This document shows, piece by piece, positions 1 to 12,112 of a stretch of 64,000 nucleotides of DNA. The stretch lies in NCBI GenBank assembly GCA_047967505.1, contig CM106538.1; one strand, 5' to 3'. The notes beneath the pieces are model-generated. The model was not told the origin of the DNA, did not search any database, and saw only the letters and a list, made by a program, of their open reading frames with translations. Every line of letters starts with the position of its first letter. Within the stretch, counting starts at the first letter, position 1. Both the position numbers and the translations under genes were made by a program. This stretch comes from Dipteris shenzhenensis. Its lineage: Eukaryota.

Positions 1-94
1 ATCTAAGTTCAGGAATAACAAGTAAAAGAAATTCAAGAGCGAAAAGAATTAAAAAATGACTATATCCCAAAAATGAACAATCACCATATAACAC

Positions 95-2141
95 CTGGTT
101 ATGTGTGCGCTGCCATATCAATCCATCATGTTCCAAAACTGGTCTATAATTGGTTCGCGTTGCTCGCTCTCCCTCGGCCCATTTAATGGCGGACTCATGT
201 AAAGCTGACCTGCAATATACACAAGATTTCAAACAGTTCTGAAGTCAGCTGTGGTGCAAGGGGGAAATCCATGTGGAGCAATGGATAGCAAAAGAGCAAC
301 AGAAGAATCCACAACTCTTCCTTCGTACCCAATAAATAAAAACGGTTTCCTTGCCTTTGAAATGGTGAAATATGAAAGAAGTGAGACGCGGCTTTCCTAG
401 ATTGTCCAAAAGCAGCTCGCTCCTGGATCCCTGCAATTGCTGCTGCTAACTCCCGCAAAGACAAAATTCCTTCACCAATAACACTCGAATCATTGATGGG
501 TCTGCTGACACCTTTTAACCCCAGACGTGATCCAATGTCTTTTTCCAGTTGACAATCCTTGCTAGCCAAGTCTTCTGCTTCCGAGTCCACCTTTTCAGCA
601 GTTTTCAAAATAACTTGTGAAGACCTCCATTCATTCACCTTATCATTTTCCACTGCTCTCTTAGGTGTCGACATCTTACCTTGCTCAACTCTTCCCACTG
701 TAGCTTTAATATCTGCCTGTCCATGTGAAAATACAAGGCAGTAAGCAGCATCCTCCATTGCCTGCTTGTATAAGCCTAGGACCAGGTTTTTACTGGCAGC
801 TGCATCACAAAGGGGAGAGAGCTGGGAAGACAACCACGAACCACTGTCAAACAAAATTCGGCAGTCCATTGTCTGTTTTTCTAAAGCTATGACTTCTCCT
901 TTTTTCAAGTTTGACGAGATCATTGTTGCTTCTCTATAAACCGCTCGCAGACAAAAGACTAACAGAGAGAGTATGTGATCTGCTAAGCTCTTATCTGGCT
1001 CCACACCAAACGAAGGCAAGTATGCTTGAAGCCACTTCCTGAGAGCTGCCCTTTTAACCTGTCCCAAAGCCACAGCTGCTTTTAACTGCGTGGAGGTGTA
1101 TTGCGAAGGTAGGCTGTTCCATGAGGCCAATTCCTTTTTCAAAAGCCAATATCTTGATGGTAGCATTGATTTTTCTTCCCCAGAACTGTAAGGCGCCTCA
1201 ATTTCAGACCCTTTCCAGGAAGGAAGTTCAGCCCATTTTTCACCCATGGCAAAACCTGGCAACGTAATGCCATCACCTTTAATGAATTCCAGATGTGCAT
1301 GCATCTGCACCACAGCAGGAGCATCCTTGTAGAAAAAGTTGTTTGAGAGATCGCACTTATCCCTCATAAATTCTAATGTGTCATTTAATAGTTTCGTTCC
1401 TTCCAAGAGCTCATTCGGTCCCCTTGCATGCTCAAAAGGCGCTTTCTCATCAAAGATAAATTTCGACTTGGGAAGACTTTCCAACACGCCGCAGCTTGAA
1501 GATGCATTAGAATCTCTAGCTATCGTGGTTTCCATTACAAGTGAGGAAGGGAATGAAGCAACTGTCTGCACGCTTGAATTTAGGGCATAACCCGATATCT
1601 TTTCCGCTGGCAGCTTGTCCGAGCGAGAAAAGTTGCGTGACGCGTCAGGCTTAAGCTTAACAAGATCGAGGATTTTAGTAACGGCCTGATCTGCCTGCGC
1701 GATAAGCCCTCTCAAGTGCGAAACAAGTTGAGAAACATCTGCCTCCTTCAGCTTTGGCGAAGGACTGCTATCCTCCGGACGGAGGCTACTGCCCTCCATA
1801 AGCGGTGACGCTCTTGAATAACGAGAAGGATCATGGTTGCCAGGTGCACCCGTTCCAGGCAGAGTAAATGGCGGCCTGTGAGTTCCTCCATAGCTGAAAC
1901 CCGGGTTAGATTGCAAAACAGGGGTCGGAGGACTTGCTCCTGGAATGACGAAGCTGGGTATGTGAGCATGGGCAGGCGAGGGGGAGGGCAAAGGAGCAAA
2001 AGAGCTCCAAGCAAAGGCAGGAGGGGGTGGGATGGGAACGGTATGAGTGGGAAAAGGTGATCCAGGATGGGGAAAGACGAAGAAGTGGTCATTGGAAAAT
2101 GGAAAAGTTGCAGGGGATTCTGAAGGAGGAGGCCAAGACAT
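95..2141 (-). CDS. SNRNP48: U11/U12 snRNP 48 kDa protein homolog (minor spliceosome). Exon 1 is 355-2141 and exon 2 is 95-209; the gene continues beyond the left edge.
   Basis: Colinear motif matches to plant U11/U12-48K as recalled: Pro-rich N-terminus, NFFYKDAPAVV, LPSRYW..KKELASW..LPSQY, ALRKWL...FGV..D....DHI..L...CL, SWLSSQL..L, ELAAAIAGIQER. Splicing AG|GCAAGG (354) to TTGCAG| (210) gives RSALHESAIKWAEGERATRTNYRPVLEHDGLIWQRTHNQ, matching the conserved YRP(I/V)(I/L)(D/E)HDG segment. A CAG|GT donor follows at 94. Confidence 0.88.
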
Positions 2142-2254
2142 ACCTGAAGAGGCGAAGCTATGGAGGATGAAGAACGAATCGCTTCAGTTCGCAGAAGCTC
2201 TGAGGACGAAGCTATGGAGCCTCAGGACTGCATCGTGTCTCATACAGTGCGTGC

Positions 2255-2263
2255 AAACCCTAA
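2255..2263 (+). promoter_or_regulatory. Telo-box AAACCCTAA upstream of the 48K start codon
   Basis: Exact motif about 115 bp upstream of the ATG at 2141. Telo-boxes are common near plant RNA-processing and translation genes. Confidence 0.45.
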
Positions 2264-3401
2264 CTTGGGAGAGATGAAAGAATGAATGAAATCGCTTCAA
2301 TTGCAGAAAACCAACACTTAGTACTAATAAGCACACGCGCGCTTTTGTTCCACTTAATACTTAAGTTCCTTCACACGCAAAAATACTCACGGAGCTTCAG
2401 GCATTTAATGGACGCCTGCAGAACATATCTTTCAATATTTGCATTCAGCTTTGCCACTTCCTTCGCCTTGCCCATCCAACATCACTTCCACATGCCACAC
2501 TCTGATTGGCTTCGAGAAAAATGGCGCTCTCTTTTGACCTCCAACATTGAGCTTCCAATCTTCACACCAAAGGCGCTTCACTTCTGCATCTTGAACTGTG
2601 CCAACCTGGGAAATGCACCCCTAGCCTCGCTTGCACTGACCCCAAGCTATGGAGCATTCCTCACCATCTCTCGGAGAGGGAAAGGAGATCTATGGAGCAT
2701 TCCTGAGCATCTGTGGGAGCCAAAAACGAGAGCTCTCGAGTTTGATCCCCGTGATCAATACATCTGATGACCCCGTCAGGACCCTCCTTGAAAAATTATT
2801 CGCTGCGTATACAATTTCATCCCCGCCACAATCTCTACCAGTCTTGTTGTTAGGTGTGTTGAGTTCCCATGATCGACACCTCATGACCCTACAAGGGCCC
2901 TGCCTTGTGGCCGGACATTTAAAAATTTTTCTTTTTCTCTTTCTCACAGAAGGTGGCTCACCCCAGAGTATTTTCATCCATCGTTTTTCACCTGCATTTC
3001 ACTCTTCCAACCATTAAAAATTCTTCTTTTTCTCTCCTCACCATTAAGGTAGAGGGTGGCTCGCTCCCTAGCATTTTCATCCATCGTTTTTCGCACTCTT
3101 CCAAACATGAAAGGCTCTTAATCCTTGCTTTTCCTTCTATCAAGAGAGAATATTTAAGTTGCCAAGCCGCGAAAATGGACTCGAGGTAGCTTTGGTATGT
3201 TAAGTTACCAAGTTGCGGAGGTAAGGAGCCTTTGCATTCTATCTTTGATAGATGTATCTAAGTCAAATGGTTCTTTTTCAAAGGCTTGATTAGGTAAAGG
3301 TTGTCTTTGTTGCGAACTCGTGAGATGGATGTGTATATAATCCCTGTTGTGGATGACCTGTGGCATCAAGCACAAACTTTCTAGTGTCAGGCCTTGTGCG
3401 C

Positions 3402-3518
3402 GATGTATGAGTGAAAAGCCCGAGGGAGGCTTTTCCTCAACGTGAAAATGGCGAGCGGCACAGTTGTGAGCCATTTTCACGTTGAAAAAAAGCCTCCCTC
3501 GAGCTTTTCACGCACATC
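3402..3518. repeat. Long inverted repeat / hairpin (about 50-bp arms, 17-nt loop)
   Basis: gatgtatgagtgaaaagcccgagggaggcttttcctcaacgtgaaaatggc pairs with gccattttcacgttgaaaaaaagcctccctcgagcttttcacgcacatc. Confidence 0.9.
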
Positions 3519-3739
3519 AAGGGGCCGCAGGAGGCACTGCTTGTGATAGGAGGTTCATCTTCTGCATGCCACCTCGGAATACAGACCTTTCCCTCAGTCT
3601 TCCAGCATTTGATGTTGATCTGCAACTCATCTTCCTGATCTGACACAGTTTGAGACTCGTGAGTTCACAAGATGCATCTTCCTTGGTAGAAGAGCCAATG
3701 ATCAGATGGTGGAAGAAAACTTCCACCCATCCGTGGCCC

Positions 3740-3950
3740 TTGACTAACTATTCTTGCTGAGGCGGGTTGTATTGGATATTGTGTTTGTGTGAATGTGTAG
3801 TTGTTTTTCCCTATTTGTATTTCTTTGGTAATCAGGACTATTGTTGTCCAAGTTTGTTCAATGCAATCTATGTACAGGTGTTTTGTTCGTTGGCAAGTTT
3901 GTAGTCCACAGGATTCATTAGAGAATAGTATCCATATAATTGTGACCGAC
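3740..3950 (-). pseudogene. Pif1-like helicase pseudogene, C-terminal part (probably TE-borne, Helitron-like)
   Basis: Translation SVTIIWILF...TQTQYPIQPASARIVSQG resembles Pif1 R.QFPL..A.A.TIHKSQG. It is contiguous with 9822-10800 once the LINE is removed. Confidence 0.75.
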
Positions 3951-4779
3951 AAAAAATTAGCCAAATAGGATAAACTGGGAGATGGAGACTAAAGGTGATG
4001 GTGACAACGACAGAGGCCATGAGGATCCCTCCATCCGTACGCCTCCACTCCCATCAATCCACTCAACATCTCCTTCGACTTACCTCATCGACCTTTTGAG
4101 TCTGATTTCTCGGACATCGACACCCGCTTACCTCAGCTGCTGCTAGACCACCTCAACTTAGCTTATGAAAACCGCTTTCCTACTCTTATCTTCAAGCTGA
4201 CTTCGGAATGTGAAACGCCACCTTTGAGACATGGAGCTAGCTCAGTTTCCCACAGCGGAAGAGGATGAGGAGGAGTTGTGCGCCCCTCTTCTGCGCATGC
4301 AGCTCAGAAGCCACAGGGTGGCTTCTTTAGCCTCCCCCCGAAAATGCATACTACTACTCGCCCTCTCAGTGCAAACGAGGCCTTGGTGGCCAGAGGCTTA
4401 CACAAGGAGCATATCATGCAGCCCCTCCAGCGAGGAGACGCTAGCAACAACAGTGAAGGGGGAGCTACAGGCACTGGTGCCAGCTCTGCCTCCAAACTTT
4501 CATGTGAAGGTGGAACCATGTGCAACGATAAAGCAAGAGACCATGGACTTCAACCAAGGACAGCAGACAGAGCTCCCTCATCTAGTGGAGGCTCCTCAAG
4601 CAAGGACCCAAGAGGAGATAGAGAGGATCTTAGGCAGATTACGGGAGACAAGAGGCCACCCTCAACCGACGAGAAAGAAATTGAAGACCACCCGCCATCA
4701 GGCATCTCAGAACCCCGACATGCTTCACAACCGGATGAGGACGGAGCACAACATGCTAATGGAGAGAATCCAGTAGATG

Positions 4780-5908
4780 GAGAAGGTAAGTCAGTAAAAG
4801 CTTTCTTGGATGACAATCTACTTCAAGACTCTCTAGTCTAGCTTAGGACTCATGCTTTAGTAGGCTTTCTTCTTGGAGTAAGACCCCTCACTTTCATTGA
4901 GTCCTGGATTAGGATGAACTGGATTAGGAAAGGTATGAATGTTTTAAATGTAAGATTTCTTAAGAAAGGCTTTTTTGTCTTTCTTTTTGAGAAACCAGAA
5001 ATGGCTTCCAGAGCCATGCAAAATAGTCTTTGGACTATTAGGAATCAGCCCTTATATCTTAAGTGGTGATCCAAAGATTTTCTCCTAATTCTCCTAGATC
5101 AACTAAGATTCCTGTATGGGTGGAGCTCCCAGACCTACCTCTGTATTTATGTAACTAGCTTCCCTCCTGATGTAGTGGGCTGGGAGAAGTCCTTGGAGTA
5201 GAGCAAGAAAATTTTATCAACCCTAGAGGAAATCCTCAGATTTGCATCAAAATGGACATAACAGAAGAGATGCCGAGAATCCTCACCATTCTTAACAGAA
5301 ATGGTAGTGTATTTAGGGAACAACCCCTTTCTTATAAAAATCTCCCTCATTCTTGCTTTTTGTGTGGTCTGTCCACACATGTGGTCAAGAGCTATCCTCT
5401 AAAGAGACCCAAAGCTAAGGAGCCTGAAGCCAATGCTACAAAGCAGCATCATCCTACTGAAAAGTGGGTCCCCAAAACCCAGAACCCTCCTTCTAAGGGC
5501 CAGTCTAGTGGTCAGGTTTCCAACAAGAGGAGTGAAAAAGACAATAGACAGACAGAAACAGTCAATAAAAATTTATTTGATCCACTCAAGGAGCAAGAAG
5601 AGAGTTTGGAAAAGGAGGTCACTGTCAATCAAGATGATAACATGGTCATAGAGGCTGGTTGGTCCAAAGAATTTGAAGAGGATGTTAACAGGGAAGATGT
5701 CATGGAAGAGGTAGAGGCTAGTGAAGAAGACTCAGAGGATGATCCAGGAAAGGCCACTCATGATATTATACCTTCTCAGAAAGACACTAGTCAAGGCAGA
5801 ACTTTCACAGTAGTTCAGCATAAGGGAAGACAATCCAAGGTAGCCACAATGCTAGTGAACAGCCCCAACCCCAGGGCTAAAAAGGGGCAGAAGAAGAATG
5901 TTAGATAA
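4780..5908 (+). pseudogene. LINE ORF1 remnant (DUF4283-like region plus zinc knuckle), disrupted
   Basis: IPVWVELPDLPL-like segment and YKNLPHSCFLCGLSTHVVKSY (degenerate CX2CX4HX4C), with stops and frameshifts. Confidence 0.75.
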
Positions 5909-8900
5909 ATCATTAACTTTCTTGACTCTCAATGTCAGAGGATTAATGGATCCAGGTAGGAGTGAAGAATTAGCTTTTTGGTTAAGAGCTAACTCACTCT
6001 CACCTCTCTTTTTAGCATTGCAAGAAGTCAAAGCAAGTAGGTCCACTTGTGAAGATAGGCTAAAAGTAATAGATAGAAGAAGGATTTGGTTTTTTACTTC
6101 TCATGAGGATGGCAAAGGGGGGACATCTTTAGGTATTTTGTCTCATTATAAGGATTGTATTTCTCAAGTCATTACAGATGCTCACAACAAATGGTTAATG
6201 TTGCAGTGTTGTGTGAAAGACATTGACATTTTTATCATTTCTGTCTATGCTCGCAATTCAACTTCAGAGAGGAGGGAATTATGGGAATCCTTGCAATGCC
6301 CAGATGGCAATTGCATAATAATGGGGGACTTCAATATGGTAGAGAGCAAAGCAGACAGATGGAAGGGAATGGGCACATGCATCAGAGGATCTGAATTACT
6401 TGCTTGGGAAGAATGTAAAGAGCACTGGCAAATGGTTGATGTCAGTAATAACAAAGAGTTCACTTGGTGCAATAGTTAGATAGGGGAGCATAGAAGGGAG
6501 GATAGACTTGACAGATTCTATATTTCCCAAAACCTCTTGAACAGACAACTTTCTCTAAGACTTGTAACATACTCTTCTTTAAGCTTGTCAGATCACAAGC
6601 CTATTCTATTGAGATGTGATTTTGGACCTAGGGAGAGGAGTCCCTCTTGGTTCAAGCTGGCCCTAAACTCTTTCAGTTTAAGAGTGTGTAGAAACTAATT
6701 AAGGTGGCCTAGCATAGAGCTTTCTCTAAGCACACATCAGCATCACGTGCTTGGGAATTAGCTATCAAGGATACTCAGATTATTTTAAGAACAGCCAAAA
6801 AAAAAAGGGCTCATATCAAGGCTCAAAGGATGGATTACATCCAAGATAATATCAACACTTAAGAGTAGAAAGCCAGAGAGGGTGATGAAGACGCGCATGA
6901 AGAATTAAATAAGGCCAAAAGAGAGCTCAAAAAATAAGAATAACTTAGACTAAATGAGTCTAAAGTGTACTACAGAGACTGGTGGGTAGGAAAGATTGAC
7001 AGGCCTACTAAGAAAACCTTTAGAATTATTAGAAGGAAAAGGTGTCAAGAGGAGATTCCTCTTCTTAAAGGACCAAATGGCTCTCATTTAAGCAACCCTG
7101 AGGAAAATATTGAGTATATTCAGAACCACTTTAAGGACTTACTTTCTAACACCTGCCCCCCAAATGAGGACACCTAGAGAGCAAGACAGCTCTGCCAATA
7201 ATAAGGGATAAAGCTGTTAAATCCTTTAACCTCTCCTATCTAGAAAGACCCTTCAATCTAGAAGAGCTAAAAGAAGCTGTAAATGTTATGGTAGATGGGA
7301 AGACTCCGGGGGAAGATGGGCTTCCTATTGTATTCTACAAAGCCTTTTGGGAACTAATTGGGCCTTATCTTTTACTCCTTTGGTAGGAAAGTGTCAAGGA
7401 AGGTTGTCTTCCTCTTCATATAAATGGAGGAATTATAAAGCTGATCCCTAAGGAAGGCTCTAAGGATGAGTTAAAAAATTGGAGACCCCTCACAATGTTA
7501 AACTGCAGTAGCTACAAGATATTTGCCAAAGCATTAGCTTTAAGGATTCAAAGCAAAATGAAGGATTGGGTTCTACCAAAGCAAAGGATATATGTTTTCT
7601 TAAGGTGGACTTTGATAAAGCTTATGATAGGTTGGAATGGGACTTTATCATCCAATCTCAATAGGATATGGGTATGGGCCCCTCATTTGTCTCTAGTGTT
7701 AAGCTGTTGCTTACTAATGCTACTGCTAGAGTCAATGTTAATGGCATTATGAGTGACTCTTTTTTCCTCAAGAGATCAATTAGACAAGGCTACCCTCTAG
7801 CTTCTCTTTTATTTGCAATTGCTGCAGACTCCCTAGGATGGCTCCTTAGAAGTCAGATACAAGAGGGAGCTCTGAAAGGGATTGAACAATTGCTATGCCA
7901 GCAATTTGCTGCTACTCTGACTCCTAGAAACACTGATCAAGATGTCATTTGTGTAATGGATTGCCTACTGTCAAGCCTCAGGTTCATGTATTAACCACTC
8001 CAAAACAAGATATGCTACTCTCAGTGGGAAAGATTAGGGGGTCCTTCAATAGCTAGGATGAATGAAGCTACAAAAAGGTACAGTGTTCAGCCTCTTGGGG
8101 ATACCTATGGGATTTGATGTCACAATGAAACAGAGGTGGGACTGGGTACTGGACAGATTCCAGAAGAAAGTAGATAAATGGAGAAGCTTCCAACCAAATC
8201 TGGTAGGTAGGAAAATGGTTCTTAATCATTGTCTCTATCCTATTATCATTTTCTATCTATCTTGTTGGTCTCCATCCAAGATTGCCTTGGACAGATTTAT
8301 CAGACTATGTAGATCTTTCTTATGGGGGGGTCCCAATAAAATCTCTAAGGTTAGATGGGAGTATTTTATCAAACCCAAAGAGGAGGGGGGGTTAGGGGTG
8401 ATTGACATCTCCTCTGCTGCCAAAAAACTATCTGCCACTTGGATCATCAAAGTTGCTCTTCATCATGAGGAGGATTGGGCACAACTGCTCTTGAGAAACA
8501 TGAAGTATATCAGACCATGTAGGGCACCCAATTGGAAAAATTATCCCTTTGTTTCTGCTCTTTTTAACCCTGAACCTTGTAAATCCAAGGGGAGTCCCCT
8601 ATGAAAGTCCATTTGGGGAGCTTTTGAAGAGAGAAAGCCTATATCCTCTTCACTGGTGGTAAAGGTAACTTGATGTTTACTACTGATATGGAGGATCTAT
8701 TCAAAACCCTTAATAGGAGATGGAAGTTGAATGATGATAGAACCAAATGCTACAGATTCCACAGAATTTGGACTACGAGTGTGCCTGAGAAAATGTCTTG
8801 TCTTACATGGCTAATACTTCATAAATCTGTTTGGTCTAATTCAAGAGGACTCAGCATTGGCAAAGGTGATGGCAAGTGTATGAGATGCATAAACCCTATT

Positions 8901-9206
8901 GAAGATGTCTTCCACGTGTTTGTTGCCTATCCTCATGCCAAGAAAGTATGGAAATTTATCTAGATGGAATGTGGTGAACCTGTTAATTGGAAAGCTATTC
9001 TATTAGGAGATGCTTGCAAGATAAGGCATGAGCCTTGGTTTATCATCAAGGCCCATTCACTCTGGTTCATTTGGATATCTAGGAATAACTTCCAATTTAA
9101 TCATAAAGATCTTTCTACTGATGCTATGTTTGCTGCATGGTGGAATAGGAAAAAAGGAGAATTGACTTCATCATTAGTGCATGCAATCTTGAACATCAAA
9201 AGTTAA
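5898..9206 (+). pseudogene. LINE ORF2 remnant (APE endonuclease, RT, zf-RVT) with many stops and frameshifts
   Basis: LNVRG, LQE, GDFN, SDHKP, WRP.T.LN..YKI.AK, D.KAYD, IRQG.PL, GGLG and C.RC...E...H motifs. Confidence 0.9.
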
Positions 9207-9821
9207 GTGTACATATTGCCAGACGCAAGCGTTCCTGCTTTATTTCAGATGATCATGCAAAGATTCCTCCTTTTCTTCAAAGAAGATCTGCCACAACTGG
9301 TGAACCCCTTCCCTCTTCCCTAGGTTCAACACCTCATGCCTTTATAAGCAAAGTTCCCTCTACTTTTGCTGTTGCTGGTTCCATACACGTTACTTCTATT
9401 TTTGGGAGCCTCTCCATCAACTCCCCTTCTGTGGCTATTGACTCAGCTAAACAGCCTCAAGCTGCCTCTCAAGGAGCCAAAACTCAGATCCATGGCTGTG
9501 GCTCTTCTACATAGAACACTCCTATCCCTACTGATCTTACCCAACTATCATCCATGTCTATTGACCCTCTACAGGGCCTCTCTGCTGCTCATGGTCATTC
9601 TTCTAACACTACTATTGCCCAGGGACACTCTTTAGACACCTTTGCTGCTACTGCCTTAGATGTTCAGGAAGATACCTTCAGCTTCTCATTTCATCCTTAA
9701 GATGTTTGCTTTACGAGTTTATGCTTTTGTTGATACTCAGGATGTAAGGGCTATGTTAGCCACAACAGTCAGTTCTGGTTCTATCTTTTTTTGATGTATG
9801 ACATGATGCCCAAAAAAAGAA

Positions 9822-10800
9822 AATTGTGACCGACTCTCCTTGTGTTGTGGCTTTGAATCGTCCATCAGCTCCATTTACAAGCCCACCATTGGTATCATAC
9901 TTCCCTGCACATAGCTCTCTATGACCATGTTTTTCTTCAGCTTGATTTCCGCATGAAAGTCGACAATTTTGGTAGAGTCTTTGGCAAGGACAAGGTAGGA
10001 GGACAATTCCTCTGTCATCTGTGGCATGGAAAGCATATGTTTCACCATTGTTTGTAAGAATGCATGCTCATTATGTGTGCGAACTAGTTTGTTCATACAA
10101 AAAAGGTAAGGCAATGTTAAGTCTTTAGGTGGAAGGCGATGGCATATTGAATTGATTGTGTCGATGTCTTCTTGTTCTTGTGTATTTGTTTTAATCTTGT
10201 TCAAGATGTTACCAAACAGTACATCATCTTGGTGCATTACGGAGCTAGAGTTGGCAGCATTTGATTTTGTCTTTCCAGAAGTTTGCTTTTAGTTGATTTC
10301 GTTGCTTAAAGTCCCATTTGTCACGTACGAGGGAAATTAGTATGAGTCACCAGTTATGATTACATCTAAGCCACCGAAAGGGAGGTTATGGACATGCTTA
10401 ATGGCTCTCAAATGTTGGTCAACAAAGCAAAATATTATTTTCCCAATTAATAAGACTTCATCTAAGATAATTGTTTGCGGGTCCATGTATTGTTTTGTTA
10501 GGCTATCTAGTTTGTCAGCTACTAATTTAGGCATGTCCTTGCAATTTATTGGAGAGTTATGCCATTAATTGTCAGCTACTACTACTAAGTTATTGGAGAG
10601 TTGTGCCATTAGTTGTTAGCTATACTAATTTATCGGAGAGTTGTGCCATTAATTGTCTGCTACTAATTTATTGGAGTGTTGTTCCATCGATTGTCAGCTA
10701 CTACAAATTTATTAGAGAGTTGTAATATTGCCTTTGTTCTTTATTAAGCATTCGTATTTGGACATAATGATCTTCTGTTGATATTAGAAGATCTGCTAGT
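9822..10800 (-). pseudogene. Pif1-like helicase pseudogene, N-terminal and central part
   Basis: MLNKEQ (Q motif), IILDEV...VDQHLR....PFGGLDVIITGD, MHQDD..F..IL and DTNGGLVNGADG motifs; disrupted. Confidence 0.8.
10545..10725. repeat. Minisatellite, about 36-43 bp unit, about 5 copies
   Basis: Repeated tttattggagagttgtgccattaattgtcagctactaa. Confidence 0.85.
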
Positions 10801-10848
10801 TGCAAGAGCTACAATCTGTTATGTCAATTGGATCCATCAAGATGGCAC

Positions 10849-12112
10849 TTTTTAAAAAAATTAAAAAAATGCCGAATATATTAAGAGGGTGGTCAACCCT
10901 GAAAAAAGAAAGACCTTTATACAAAAATTGGCCTAAGAGTGGGCTACCTGCTGCCCTAGACCTACGCTACAAGTAGCACCACGAGGCAGGTGGATGGGTG
11001 CTAGCCACTTATTAACCCCACTCTAACTACCAATAGGTATCCATTGACCAGAGTGTCTATCCTTTGGGTAATCCAGCTCAGATCCCTGAGATTGGCTTTG
11101 ACAAGTGCCAGAATGGCGGACTCTCTCTAGCCCACCGGGACCCCTCGCTGAAACATGATCTTCTTCTGAATGTCCCAAAATCGCCATGCATGTCGTCGCC
11201 TTGACGTATGGCTAGCACGCAGCTAGAGTTGATAGGAATCTTGTAATGTCTCCCATGAGGGCCGGTAAGAATTTAGCCATAAGGCCCGAATATTTGATTG
11301 CCAAGCCCATTCTTGCCCAAAAACTTATGGTAACCACACAGTTCCACATTAAGTGGTGAGCTACCTCTGTGGATTTACCATAGAACGGGCAACAAGGATT
11401 CACCGAGAACCTCTTGGCAAGCTTGCCCCGCATAGGCTGCCATTGGTTCATAATTTTCCATAGGAGGAAGCTAGCTTTTTTGGTGACGTAGGCTTTCCGA
11501 ATTCCCTTTAATCTATCCTTCCACCAAAATTTCCCTCGCCAAAGCAACCATTTGCGATTTAGGTCTGAGGCGTGGGGCCTACCTTGCATCAGACGGTTGT
11601 AGACGGATTTGGCAGAGATCTTACAGAAGCATTGTCTTCCCAGGGTCCAATAGTTAGCATGCCAGCCTGTGGATGGGCATGTGACCACTAGTCAAGGGTG
11701 GATTCTAAAACTGCATGGACCAAATCAGTTTCCCCATCATTTAGCCGAAACTTCTACCTCAAACAGTCAATAGGAATCCAGTCCACCTTTTCGGCATCCA
11801 AAAGATCAGACTAGGAACAGATGCCAGGTCCATTTCTTCGAGGCATTTCTGTCTCTCACCAGGTCCATCGCTACAAAGGATTTGCCGCCTCTTCGCGGAG
11901 CAAGACTCCACCAAATATTCTCGACTAGGCTTGCATCCCCCTTCATCCCCAATTGTCCTTTCTAGGAAAGACAACCTATGGTTTCTTTCCAAGTCGCCAT
12001 CATGCCGGTCACCAGATCTGATCCCACAATGGAAATGGGGAACATTGAGAACAGACGATCATACCACGAGAGCTCCTTCCACACACCCGCCCCCTTGCTT
12101 TGGTTTTGGCTA
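10849..12112 (-). mobile_element. 5'-truncated LINE (zf-RVT and 3' end)
   Basis: KKASFLLWKI...CPF...E..HHLMWNC...FW. The 3' terminus ttaatatattcg...ttttttaaaaa is shared with 41088-41135. Confidence 0.75.

Larger units (their letters stand above)
3951..9821 (+). mobile_element. Full-length, decayed L1-clade LINE with 13-bp TSD
   Basis: TSD AATTGTGACCGAC at 3938-3950 and 9822-9834. A-rich tail at 9812-9821. ORF1 and ORF2 remnants in the expected order. Confidence 0.92.

Noticed and set aside
195-354. C-terminal 50 aa of the 648-aa ORF
   Set aside because: Read-through into the GC-AG intron; homology continues in the spliced exon 95-209.
1-354. USSE (tandem U12-type 5' splice sites) known from 48K genes
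   Set aside because: No tandem RTATCCTT-like motif in the introns visible here; it may lie outside the window.
2400-2520. BED-finger-like VWH...KAECKY*KIC on the minus strand
   Set aside because: Too short, interrupted by a stop, and no transposase follows.
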